DNA of 64,000 nucleotides from Bacteroidota bacterium (lineage in GTDB: Bacteria > Bacteroidota > Bacteroidia > Bacteroidales > FEN-979), in NCBI GenBank assembly GCA_026391715.1, contig JAPLDO010000078.1:137712-201711 (forward strand), read 5' to 3'. The notes beneath the pieces are model-generated. The model searched no databases. It saw nothing but the letters and a program-made list of their open reading frames with translations, and was not told the origin of the DNA. This document shows positions 29,901 to 38,570 of this stretch, piece by piece. Each line of letters starts with the position of its first letter. The stretch's first letter is position 1. The translations under genes were made by a program, and so were the position numbers.

Positions 29901-30258
29901 CGTTTATATTTTGTTTTTTGTTCGTATTCAGTGGTTTAAAAAATTGTAGAACGCCTGGAAAGTTAAATTTGCATCTTGAGCGCTTTTTTACGCCAAAGTT
30001 TCGTTCGTTCTAATTATAATTAATCCCGAAGGGATTTTACATTTATAGAAATCAAATCATGGCTATTGTGCGACTCCTTCGGAGTCGTAGATTTATCATT
30101 TCTCCTTTTCCTATAAATGTTTGACGCCTTCGGCGTCGGGTTTTGTTTTTTCAACTATTTATATTTCGTTTATTGTTCATAATCAGTGATTTAAAAAAGA
30201 GTTAAACGCCAAAAGAGTTAAATTTTCATCTTCAACACTTTTTTTCGTAAAAGTTCCG
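29901..30258. repeat. ~100-bp imperfect direct repeat (29901-30003 and 30155-30258) flanking a composite hairpin element
   Basis: Both copies read ...TTGTTC(G/A)TA(T/A)TCAGTG(G/A)TTTAAAAAA...GTTAAATTT(G/T)CATCTT... . Between them lie three short GC hairpins and a 10-bp inverted repeat. Confidence 0.75.
30022..30137. repeat. composite palindromic element: three 6-7 bp stem / 3-nt loop hairpins plus 10-bp inverted repeat
   Basis: The hairpins are AATCCC-GAA-GGGATT (30022-30036), CGACTCC-TTC-GGAGTCG (30071-30087) and GACGCC-TTC-GGCGTC (30123-30137). The inverted repeat is ACATTTATAG (30039-30048) with CTATAAATGT (30111-30120). Confidence 0.8.
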
Positions 30259-30352
30259 AATGTGCGTCAAATAATCATACCCCTGTGTGTCAAAATTGAA
30301 TAGTCATGAAAGTTTCATTTCGCCTTAAACTTATATTGTTAATTCAAATTAT

Positions 30353-30473
30353 CGTCCCTCGTCCCTCGTCCCTCGTCCCTCGTCCCTCGTCCTTCGTCCT
30401 TCGTCCTTCGTCCTTCGTCCTTCGTCCTTCGTCCTTCGTCCTTCGTCCTTCGTCCCTCGTCCCTCGTCCCTCG
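30353..30473 (-). repeat. heptanucleotide tandem repeat, 17 units (minus strand AGGGACG x3, AAGGACG x10, AGGGACG x4)
   Basis: The plus strand reads CGTCCCT x4, CGTCCTT x10, CGTCCCT x3. The array abuts the TAA stop of the TolC gene at 30474. Confidence 0.95.
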
Positions 30474-31817
30474 TTAAAACGTAATCGCCTTCCCCTGATA
30501 AAAGTCCAGAATCTTCCGCTTGAATATGAAATCATACTTCGCCTGAATAAGGCTTGATTGCGATTGTGCAAAGTTATTTTTCTGGATAAGGAAGTCGGTG
30601 GCGCTCATTACGCCAACCGAGAATTTCTTCTCTGCATTCTGATAAACTGCTTCCACGGCAGCCAACTGCTGTTTTACAGCATCGTATTTTTTGATGGAAG
30701 CATGGGCGTCGGTATAGGTTTGTTCAACGCTTTTCCGAAGAACGTTTTTCACATTCTGCTCGGTGAGCCGGATTGTTGCCAGGTTGATTTTAGCCCGGTC
30801 AATATTACTTTTAATCTGGCGGTTGCTGTAAATCGGAATCGAAATACCCATCGAGAACGACTGCCCCATGTTGCTCCACATCTGTTTAAAAAACGGGTTT
30901 CCTTCCGGATTTACTTCAGAGCCTTTATCGCGGCTCGAAGCGTAGTTGGAGTTCAGGTTTGCTCCCAGAGTAACCCTCGGATAGCGCGCGCCTTCAGAGA
31001 CTTTCAGCGCCATTTCGGATGCATTGGTTTTCAGGGCGGCTCCGGCAATTTGCGGCTGAACAGTCAGCGATTTCTCATAAATCTGCTGATTTGTCAGTAA
31101 AATATCGGTAATTGTTTCATCCATCGCCGGAGCCACTACCGAAAAACCATCGCTAATGGGAATCTCCATCAACTGCATCAGAGTAATATTGGCGATATCG
31201 AGTTGATTCTGCGCCGTGATGACTGCGAGGTTATCGGTAGCCAACTGCGACTGAATCTGTAGCAAATCGCTTTCAGGCGATTTTCCTGCGTTTACAAGTT
31301 TTGTAGTTCTATCAACCTGCGCCATTGTTGCCTCTGCCTGCTTTTTCGCTGATGCAAGAATTTCGGTTGTAAACAAAACCTGGAGATATCCGGTAGTGAC
31401 ATTAAGGGTTACATCGTTTTTTACCTTTTCCACATCATACTCGCCCGCCTTAATATTCAACCGTTGCTGCCTGATGGTATTTGCATTCTGTAATCCATTG
31501 AAAAGATTATAACTGCTGCTGACGCTAAAGTTTGTGGAGTGAAACCCTTCGGTGGTAAAACTATTTGTGATAGGATCTACATTATTTCCAACATTGAGCG
31601 CCTCATTCGCGCTGGCGCTCAAACCTGGTATTCTGTTGGCTTTCGATTGCTCCAGGCTTGTTTTGTTGAGTTCATTTGTAAGCCGGCTCTGGTTAACCGA
31701 AATATTTCGTTGCAATGCAGTATCAAGGCATTGTTTAAAAGTCCAGGGATTTTTCTGGGCGTTTACCATCTCTAATGATAAAAACATGAGGAGATAAATT
31801 ATGCAAGTTCGGATCAT
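30474..31817 (-). CDS. TolC-family outer membrane efflux protein
   Basis: Has a signal peptide from the ATG at 31817 (MIRTCIIYLLMFLSLEMVNAQ) and two OEP-type repeats. It heads the operon with the adaptor and ABC genes. Confidence 0.85.
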   Translation of the reverse strand: MIRTCIIYLLMFLSLEMVNAQKNPWTFKQCLDTALQRNISVNQSRLTNELNKTSLEQSKANRIPGLSASANEALNVGNNVDPITNSFTTEGFHSTNFSVSSSYNLFNGLQNANTIRQQRLNIKAGEYDVEKVKNDVTLNVTTGYLQVLFTTEILASAKKQAEATMAQVDRTTKLVNAGKSPESDLLQIQSQLATDNLAVITAQNQLDIANITLMQLMEIPISDGFSVVAPAMDETITDILLTNQQIYEKSLTVQPQIAGAALKTNASEMALKVSEGARYPRVTLGANLNSNYASSRDKGSEVNPEGNPFFKQMWSNMGQSFSMGISIPIYSNRQIKSNIDRAKINLATIRLTEQNVKNVLRKSVEQTYTDAHASIKKYDAVKQQLAAVEAVYQNAEKKFSVGVMSATDFLIQKNNFAQSQSSLIQAKYDFIFKRKILDFYQGKAITF

Positions 31818-31818
31818 A

Positions 31819-32547
31819 TTATTGGTTTGATTTTTCGGAGTTGATGATTCTGAAAAGTTTTTCACGATACGGTTCACTCACAGGAATCTCTTTTTTCCCA
31901 ATTGTAAGCACATATTTCTGAATGGATTCAATTTTGCTGAATGATACAATGTAAGAACGGTGAACCCGGATGAATTCCTGGGAAGGAAGTTTCTCTTCCA
32001 GCGATTTCATGCTCATCTGGGTAACTACAGTTTTATCGGGCAAATAAATTTTCACATAATCTTTTAAGCCTTCAATATACAGGATGTTCGAAAGGTTGAT
32101 TCTTACCAACCTGTAATCGGCTTTTACAAAAAGAAAATCGGGCGGGGAAACCAGATCTGCGACATTTAGTTGATTATCGGCAATTACCCGCAATCCGAGA
32201 TATTCATTTGCTTTGTTAACCGCTTTCAGAAATCGCTCAAAGGAATAGGGTTTAAGAAGGTAATCAATCACATCGAGGTCGAATCCTTCTTTGGCATAAT
32301 TTGAATAAGCTGTGGTAAGTATTACCAACGGTTTGTTAAGAAGGCTCCGCAGCAACTGAAGCCCGGAAATATCCGGCATCCGGATGTCGAGAAACAGCAG
32401 GTCAACCGGTTGATTGCGCATTGCCTCCATTGCTTCGATAGCGCTTCTACAGGTTTGCACCAGTTCGAGGAACGGCACTTTGCGGATGTTGTCCTCTATC
32501 AGTTCAAGGGCAAGTTTCTCATCGTCAATAGCGAGGCAGCGGATCAT
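31819..32547 (-). CDS. LytTR-family response regulator
   Basis: Has a receiver domain (LAIDDE...DLLFLDIRMPD) and a C-terminal LytTR DNA-binding domain (FIRVHRSYIV). Confidence 0.9.
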   Translation of the reverse strand: MIRCLAIDDEKLALELIEDNIRKVPFLELVQTCRSAIEAMEAMRNQPVDLLFLDIRMPDISGLQLLRSLLNKPLVILTTAYSNYAKEGFDLDVIDYLLKPYSFERFLKAVNKANEYLGLRVIADNQLNVADLVSPPDFLFVKADYRLVRINLSNILYIEGLKDYVKIYLPDKTVVTQMSMKSLEEKLPSQEFIRVHRSYIVSFSKIESIQKYVLTIGKKEIPVSEPYREKLFRIINSEKSNQ

Positions 32548-33560
32548 TCGGCAAAGTTAATAGTGAGTTCCATAAAATATTGATCCCCGTCGTTGGTTAC
32601 TGAAATGGTATGCCGTTTGGGATATAGCAGTTCAAGTCGCCTGAACACATTTTTCAGCCCGATCCCCGATCCGGGTTCAATTTCGTCATTCCCCGGCGCG
32701 ACAATTTTATTTGTTACACAGAAAAATAAGGAATGTTCTGAGGCTTTAAGGCGAATGATGATATCAGAGTCGCCCTGATAGGTGACGCCGTGTTTGAAGG
32801 CATTCTCAACAAACGGGATTAGCAGTAATGGTTCGAGCGTGATAAGCTCCGGTTGCCCATCAACGGTAAAGATAATATTCACCGATTCGGGTAACCGGAT
32901 TCGCTGAAGTTCAATAAAACTTTTCAGATATTCAACCTCCATTTCGAGGTTGACCTTTTCGTCGCGCGAATCCTGTAACATATATCGCATAATCTGCGAA
33001 AGTTTGATGATGGCATTTTCAGTTTCATCGGACTTTTTACGCGCCAATGAACAGATGTTGTTCAGGGTGTTGAACAAAAAATGGGGGTTTATTTGCGATT
33101 TCAGGAAGGCAAGTTCGGAGGTGAGTTTTTCTGCCTCCATCTCCTTTTTTTGATGTTCGGTTTTAAACCATTCCATGGTAATTCTTACAGTACTGCTTAG
33201 CGCAAAAGCAAGAATGGCAGGGTAAAAGGGAAAAAATGCGGCGCGCCAGAAATTGAAAGGATGATGTCGTTCTATCATTCCGGAGGTGGATAGAACGAAA
33301 GCAACATTAAGCAGGCTGATAGTTATAAGTCCCACCGCCAGAAAACCAACATAGACCAGTATCTTTTTCCTCAATAAAAACCTGGGGATCAGAAATAAAA
33401 AATTGTAGTAAAAATATCCTGCCATAAGCAGTTGAATAAACCAGCCCATGAGGATAAATCGTTCCCTGCCTTGTTCTGTATCAATAAACAGAAGAGGCGC
33501 CAGCAGAAAAGTTAGCCATACCAGGGCATGAATAAGGATTATGTAATTTTTGGAGCGCAT
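32544..33560 (-). CDS. sensor histidine kinase (LytS/His_kinase type)
   Basis: Has a multi-TM N-terminus, the motif LKSQINPHFLFNTLNNI and a C-terminal HATPase region. It overlaps the regulator gene by 4 nt. Confidence 0.85.
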   Translation of the reverse strand: MRSKNYIILIHALVWLTFLLAPLLFIDTEQGRERFILMGWFIQLLMAGYFYYNFLFLIPRFLLRKKILVYVGFLAVGLITISLLNVAFVLSTSGMIERHHPFNFWRAAFFPFYPAILAFALSSTVRITMEWFKTEHQKKEMEAEKLTSELAFLKSQINPHFLFNTLNNICSLARKKSDETENAIIKLSQIMRYMLQDSRDEKVNLEMEVEYLKSFIELQRIRLPESVNIIFTVDGQPELITLEPLLLIPFVENAFKHGVTYQGDSDIIIRLKASEHSLFFCVTNKIVAPGNDEIEPGSGIGLKNVFRRLELLYPKRHTISVTNDGDQYFMELTINFAE

Positions 33561-33709
33561 TGATGATTATCCTCAGATGATTTGAACTGTTATTTGCGAA
33601 ATTATCTTTTTTTCGCGCATTGATTCGGGAAAATAGACCATAGCAGGGTTTTTAGCTTCAGTAAGTTTTTTTTCGCCGACGGATTGAATTGATTAGAAAG
33701 ATAAATTGC

Positions 33710-33717
33710 TATATTTG
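33710..33717 (+). promoter_or_regulatory. candidate Bacteroidota -7 box (TATATTTG)
   Basis: Matches TAnnTTTG only 6 nt upstream of the rpoN ATG at 33724. This implies either a very short leader or a different true start. Confidence 0.25.
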
Positions 33718-33723
33718 TCCTCT

Positions 33724-35214
33724 ATGTTGAATCAAAAACTACAGCAGCGGTTAATTCAGAAACTGTCGCCGCAACAGGTGCTGGTGATGCGTTTGTTGCA
33801 GGAGCCAATCCTTTCACTCGACCAGCGGATCAAGCAGGAGATTGAAGAAAATCCTGCGCTTGAAGAAACGGCAAATGAAGAAAACGAAGAGAATGATACG
33901 ATGAGCGACGACTCGACGCTCGATTCCATTGATTCTGATGAAGACGAATTTAGCGATACGGAAGAGCGCGTTTCAGCCGATGATGAGTTTGGTTTTGAAG
34001 ATTATTTAGATGAGGATGAAATTCCCGAATACCGACTTTCTGCCAACAACACCAGCCCTGATGAAACTACCCGCGAAATTCCAATTATATCGGGAGTAAG
34101 TTTTCAGGATTTCCTGATCAATCAGATAGGGCTGCACAAATTCACCGACAAGCAATACATAATCGCCGTTACCATTATTGGAAATCTCGATGATTCGGGG
34201 TATTTGTGCAGGGAGATGCCCGCGCTTTCAAACGATCTGGCTTTTAACCAGGCTATCGAAGCCACGCCGGAGGAGATTCTGGAAGTTCTCAAAATCGTTC
34301 AGACTTTTGACCCTCCCGGTATCGCCGCGCGAAACTTGCAGGAATGTCTTTTACTTCAACTGGAACTTAAAACAGACAGGACTTATACCACCGACCTTGC
34401 CGCCATTATTATCAGGTTTTACTTTGATGAATTCAGCAAAAAGCATTACGATAAAATTATTCAGAAGGGTAATATTTCGGAAGAAGAACTTCGCGAAGCT
34501 ATTGCCGAAATCCAGAAACTGAATCCCAAACCCGGAAATGCCATTGCTGATATTTCACGCGACAGTCTATACATTATTCCCGATTTCATTATCACAAACC
34601 ACAACGGATACCTCGAACTTTCACTCAATACCCGGAATACTCCCGAATTGTCGCTGAACCGCGATTACATTGACATGTTGCATGAATATGGATCTGCCAA
34701 ACGGAAAACGGCCGAAAGTGAGGCGCTTTCATTCGTCAAACAAAAACTTGATTCTGCCCGCGGGTTTATTGACGCCATAAAACAACGCCAGCAAACGCTC
34801 TTTGTGACTATGAATGCCATCATGGAATATCAGCAGGAGTATTTTCTTACCGGGGATGATACAAAGTTGCGTCCAATGATTCTGAAAGATATTGCCACAA
34901 TCGTATCGCTTGATATCAGTACCGTTTCACGCGTGGCAAACAGTAAGTACGTTCAAACGCCATTCGGTACGCTTCTGTTGAAAAGTTTCTTCAGCGAATC
35001 AATGCTGAACACCGAAGGCGAAGAGATATCCACGCGGGAAATCAAAAAAATCCTCTCCGATACCATTGAGGCTGAAGATAAATCAAACCCGCTCACCGAC
35101 GATGAACTGGTTGATTTGCTGAAAACTAAGGGATACAATATCGCCCGCCGCACTATAGCCAAGTACAGAATGCAATTGAATATCCCGGTTGCCCGCCTCA
35201 GAAAAGAACTTTAA
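33724..35214 (+). CDS. rpoN: RNA polymerase sigma-54 factor
   Basis: Has N-terminal LQQRLIQKLSPQQ, an acidic region II, and the C-terminal RpoN box ARRTIAKYR. Confidence 0.9.
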   Translation: MLNQKLQQRLIQKLSPQQVLVMRLLQEPILSLDQRIKQEIEENPALEETANEENEENDTMSDDSTLDSIDSDEDEFSDTEERVSADDEFGFEDYLDEDEIPEYRLSANNTSPDETTREIPIISGVSFQDFLINQIGLHKFTDKQYIIAVTIIGNLDDSGYLCREMPALSNDLAFNQAIEATPEEILEVLKIVQTFDPPGIAARNLQECLLLQLELKTDRTYTTDLAAIIIRFYFDEFSKKHYDKIIQKGNISEEELREAIAEIQKLNPKPGNAIADISRDSLYIIPDFIITNHNGYLELSLNTRNTPELSLNRDYIDMLHEYGSAKRKTAESEALSFVKQKLDSARGFIDAIKQRQQTLFVTMNAIMEYQQEYFLTGDDTKLRPMILKDIATIVSLDISTVSRVANSKYVQTPFGTLLLKSFFSESMLNTEGEEISTREIKKILSDTIEAEDKSNPLTDDELVDLLKTKGYNIARRTIAKYRMQLNIPVARLRKEL

Positions 35215-35225
35215 CCTCTCTTATA

Positions 35226-35837
35226 ATGGAAATTAAAATTGCCAGGATGATCTCCTATATTTTTCATCCTTTGCTGACGCCATGCTATATCCTGATTTTA
35301 CTGCTAAACATAAACAGTATCGCCTCGCTGTCGGTCCCTTTTTCCTATAAGCTAACCTTAACAGGAGTTGTTCTTGTGTTGACTGTGTTGCTTCCTTTGC
35401 TCTTCACCTGGCTGTTGATGAAAGTTCAGTATATAACTTCGTTATTTATGACCACAAAAGAGGAACGGGTTTATCCGATTCTGTCCATCGCAATTTTTTA
35501 CTACGTAACCTATTATTTGTTGAAGGAGGTTCATATCTCTGCCATCTTCAGCTATTATATGCTTGGCGCCACGCTGGTTGCAATTCTTGCGCTGATCATT
35601 AATTTTTACAGCAAGATCAGCTTGCATACGCTTGCCATTGGCAGTTTTACCGGACTTTTTCTTGGACTCTCGCTAAATTTCGGAATTAATTTTACCCCTG
35701 AAATTATCACAGGGATTTTACTTGCAGGGATAATTGGATTCGCGCGGTTAAAATCAAACGCCCATAAGCCTTCCGATGTTTATTACGGTTTTCTGGCAGG
35801 TACTGTGACGCTAACAACTCTGATAATCCTGCTCTGA
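35226..35837 (+). CDS. integral membrane protein, degenerate PAP2-like
   Basis: Has six predicted TM helices. ARLKSNAHKPSDV resembles PAP2 motif C3 (SRxxxxxHxxxD). Confidence 0.45.
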   Translation: MEIKIARMISYIFHPLLTPCYILILLLNINSIASLSVPFSYKLTLTGVVLVLTVLLPLLFTWLLMKVQYITSLFMTTKEERVYPILSIAIFYYVTYYLLKEVHISAIFSYYMLGATLVAILALIINFYSKISLHTLAIGSFTGLFLGLSLNFGINFTPEIITGILLAGIIGFARLKSNAHKPSDVYYGFLAGTVTLTTLIILL

Positions 35838-35953
35838 TAAACCTATCTATGCTGCAAACGGGTTAAATTCAATTGGGGCATTGGGCAAAGGCAGCAGGGG
35901 AGGATGGGCGTGGCAAAGGTTTTCGGTTCGTTATCCAGGCGCTGAATTAATTG

Positions 35954-35961
35954 TATATTTG
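35954..35961 (+). promoter_or_regulatory. candidate Bacteroidota -7 box (TATATTTG)
   Basis: Matches TAnnTTTG, 22 nt upstream of the ATG at 35984. Confidence 0.3.
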
Positions 35962-35983
35962 AAGCGATCAATACTTACGTTCC

Positions 35984-37507
35984 ATGAAAAAGCTGATATT
36001 GTTCCTTTTCATCTTTGGCGTGAATGCAATCATCGCCCAAAACTTCCAGAATATCTGTTCCCCCGGAACAACGTTGTATAAGTCTGTAAGTTCTGAGTTA
36101 AAGGCATTCCGGCTCGACTCTTTGTATCCAATAGGAAACAGCGACACAATGTTCATTTCGTACCGCACCATTCGCGAGGATTCCTCCTGGACTTGCCTTG
36201 ATACCACAAACGGCTCAATCCTTGGAAGAAAAATCCTGAAGAGACAAAACGGATGGTTTTTATTCTTCAACACTGATAATGACACGATCAGTATCAATAC
36301 TCAGGCAGCCTTGAATGAAACCTGGAAGTTCTGCAATCTGCCCGACAACGGTTACATTCAGGCGAAAGTCTCAAACGTCGGCAATGAAATTGTTCTTGGG
36401 TTGACAGATCAGGTAAAAACCATCACATTCCAGGCGAAAAACAGCGGCAATGTAGATATACCGCATATTTTGAATCAACGCGACATTAAACTGAGCCAGC
36501 ATTATGGATTGTCGCGGATGCTTGATGTATTCTGGATTCCAAGAGATACTCTGATTTATATGCTTGCTGGTAAAACAGTTCCGGAAATCGGGCTTCAGGA
36601 TATCGCCTGGAAGCAAATCTATGATTTTAACATCGGCGACGAATTCCACTATTCCGGCGGGGAGTACCATCCGGTAAATTATCCCGAAATGTATGTCAAT
36701 TACAGTTTTGACATCTATCATGTCCTTGGCAAAACCCCGTATGGCAATGATTCGGTAAAATATATCATGGAATATTGCCACAAGGATACAACCTGGTCTT
36801 CCGGACTGGTGAATAAAATACACGACGCCATCACAGTAGTATATAATTTCTCACAGTTGACAAACAGCAATTCGTCATGGTTCACCAAACTTCCTGAGGA
36901 ATTTTTCAACCAGAACAATGTGGCATTTGAATACAAACGGAATTTTGAATTTAATGACCGGCAAAATAAATATTTCAAAACCGGGGCATATATGACTACA
37001 CCTTTTTTTCCCGGATGCTGGTTATATAATGTCCAGCCCGATTGCTTTACAATTTTCCTCAGTGAGAACAAATACACGGATGGCTTGGGCTGTAGCCATT
37101 ATCAGGATGATTGTTTCAACAGCATGACCGGAACCCATATTCAGTCAAAATGGAACAATCTCGTTTATTTTAAAAAGGGATCAGAAACATGGGGAAACCC
37201 CGTTGCGCCGGATTGCTGGGTATTGACAGATGTTGAAGATGTCAAAACAAAAGAAAAGGCTACAAACATCCATATTGTCCCCAACCCCGTTGAAACCACT
37301 TCAAGAATCTGGTTGGATTCCGATTTTCCAGGGGAAGAAATGACTTTTTTCCTGACAGATTACCTTGGGAAAAATATTGCCCGGTTTAAAACAGGCTCCC
37401 AGCCGTATTTCTTTAACAGTGAAGGAATTCCTGAAGGATTATATATCCTGTCCGTTTTTGATAAAAATGGTTTGCTCAGAAACAGAACAAAACTGATAAT
37501 TCTCTGA
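35984..37507 (+). CDS. secreted hypothetical protein with T9SS C-terminal sorting domain
   Basis: Has a signal peptide and a C-terminal IVPNPVETTSRIWL...GLYILSVFDKNG...KLIIL domain. Confidence 0.6.
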   Translation: MKKLILFLFIFGVNAIIAQNFQNICSPGTTLYKSVSSELKAFRLDSLYPIGNSDTMFISYRTIREDSSWTCLDTTNGSILGRKILKRQNGWFLFFNTDNDTISINTQAALNETWKFCNLPDNGYIQAKVSNVGNEIVLGLTDQVKTITFQAKNSGNVDIPHILNQRDIKLSQHYGLSRMLDVFWIPRDTLIYMLAGKTVPEIGLQDIAWKQIYDFNIGDEFHYSGGEYHPVNYPEMYVNYSFDIYHVLGKTPYGNDSVKYIMEYCHKDTTWSSGLVNKIHDAITVVYNFSQLTNSNSSWFTKLPEEFFNQNNVAFEYKRNFEFNDRQNKYFKTGAYMTTPFFPGCWLYNVQPDCFTIFLSENKYTDGLGCSHYQDDCFNSMTGTHIQSKWNNLVYFKKGSETWGNPVAPDCWVLTDVEDVKTKEKATNIHIVPNPVETTSRIWLDSDFPGEEMTFFLTDYLGKNIARFKTGSQPYFFNSEGIPEGLYILSVFDKNGLLRNRTKLIIL

Positions 37508-37521
37508 ATCATTTATTTGTT

Positions 37522-38541
37522 TCACTTTTTATGCTTCTTCGAATGCGCATCGTCCATTCTCAATACCAGTTTCTCCGAGCCGCCGTCGCCATGTTCTTCG
37601 AGATCCATAAATAAACCCTCGTCAGTGAGATCGAGTGGGTGCGACTGTTCCCAATCGTGCCGCGCCACATTGTGGAGGCGATCCACAATGTCGTCATCGC
37701 GAACCTCGATTGCCAGCTCACGACGGTCGTCGAAGCTTCCGGGAGCAAGGTTTATCGAACCTACAATGGCGCGCAGTCCGTCGGCAAGCAGCATCTTACC
37801 ATGCAGTTTCAGGTGTTTGAGTTTGTGAATTTTTATGCCAACATCGTCCATGATGCGCAATCCGCCAATGCCTTCGATGATTTTCTCTTTTTTCAAAGCA
37901 TGAGGCGGGCGCGCCATGAGATGAATTTTAACGCCGCGTTCCCTCGCGCGGACAAGACGCTCAATAATCACAGTGTCCTGATAACGCTCATTCTGGATAA
38001 ACAGCGTGTGCTTCGCCTCGTCAATGAATTGTGCGATGCGTTCACGTCCATTGGCAGGACACCATATCAGGTGGGCGCTCTCGCCGGGTTTAAATTCCTG
38101 CCGGTTCCAGTCGGCGTCGAAGCATGAAATGATTTCACCGACGCCGTGAGGGTGTGTGGTGCTGATGGCGTAATCGCGCGTTTCTATCAGGTTCTTCGTC
38201 GCCCAATTTAGCGATTTCACGTAAGCGATAAATTCATCTACAACCATTGATTTCTCGTGGGTTATGCCGAAGTCGGGACTACTGTCCTTCACTTCGACGC
38301 CCGCCTGCTCAAGCGCCTTACGAACTACCTCGTTGTCATCCTCGCCGTCGCGCCGGGTAGCATTGAGCATCACGCGAACTTTCACTCCGCGTTGGTGGGC
38401 ATCTACCACCGCGTTAAGCAAACCCGGGTCGGAAAAAACAAACATTTTAACCTGAAGCGATTTCTTCGCTGCGTTAATCGCATCGAGGAAGGGCTTGGAG
38501 GATTCGTCGGGGAGAACAATCAGTGAACGGGTTGACGTCAT
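37522..38541 (-). CDS. phospholipase D / cardiolipin synthase-like protein (two HKD motifs)
   Basis: Has HKD motifs at THEKSMVVD and LHGKMLLAD...GSINL. Confidence 0.85.
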   Translation of the reverse strand: MTSTRSLIVLPDESSKPFLDAINAAKKSLQVKMFVFSDPGLLNAVVDAHQRGVKVRVMLNATRRDGEDDNEVVRKALEQAGVEVKDSSPDFGITHEKSMVVDEFIAYVKSLNWATKNLIETRDYAISTTHPHGVGEIISCFDADWNRQEFKPGESAHLIWCPANGRERIAQFIDEAKHTLFIQNERYQDTVIIERLVRARERGVKIHLMARPPHALKKEKIIEGIGGLRIMDDVGIKIHKLKHLKLHGKMLLADGLRAIVGSINLAPGSFDDRRELAIEVRDDDIVDRLHNVARHDWEQSHPLDLTDEGLFMDLEEHGDGGSEKLVLRMDDAHSKKHKK

Positions 38542-38570
38542 TTTTTTAGATTTTTAGCGGTGATATTATT

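Noticed and set aside
30353-30473. Possible CRISPR array (also considered for the 12-bp repeat at 41316-41378)
   Set aside because: The units are 7 or 12 nt and directly abutting, with no spacers. No cas genes are present in the window.
30306-30571. ORFs translating as VPRPSSLVPRPSSFVLRPSS... (plus strand) and RGTRDEGRRTKDEG... (minus strand)
   Set aside because: They are simply translations of the 7-nt tandem repeat. They have no start context and sit in an intergenic position.
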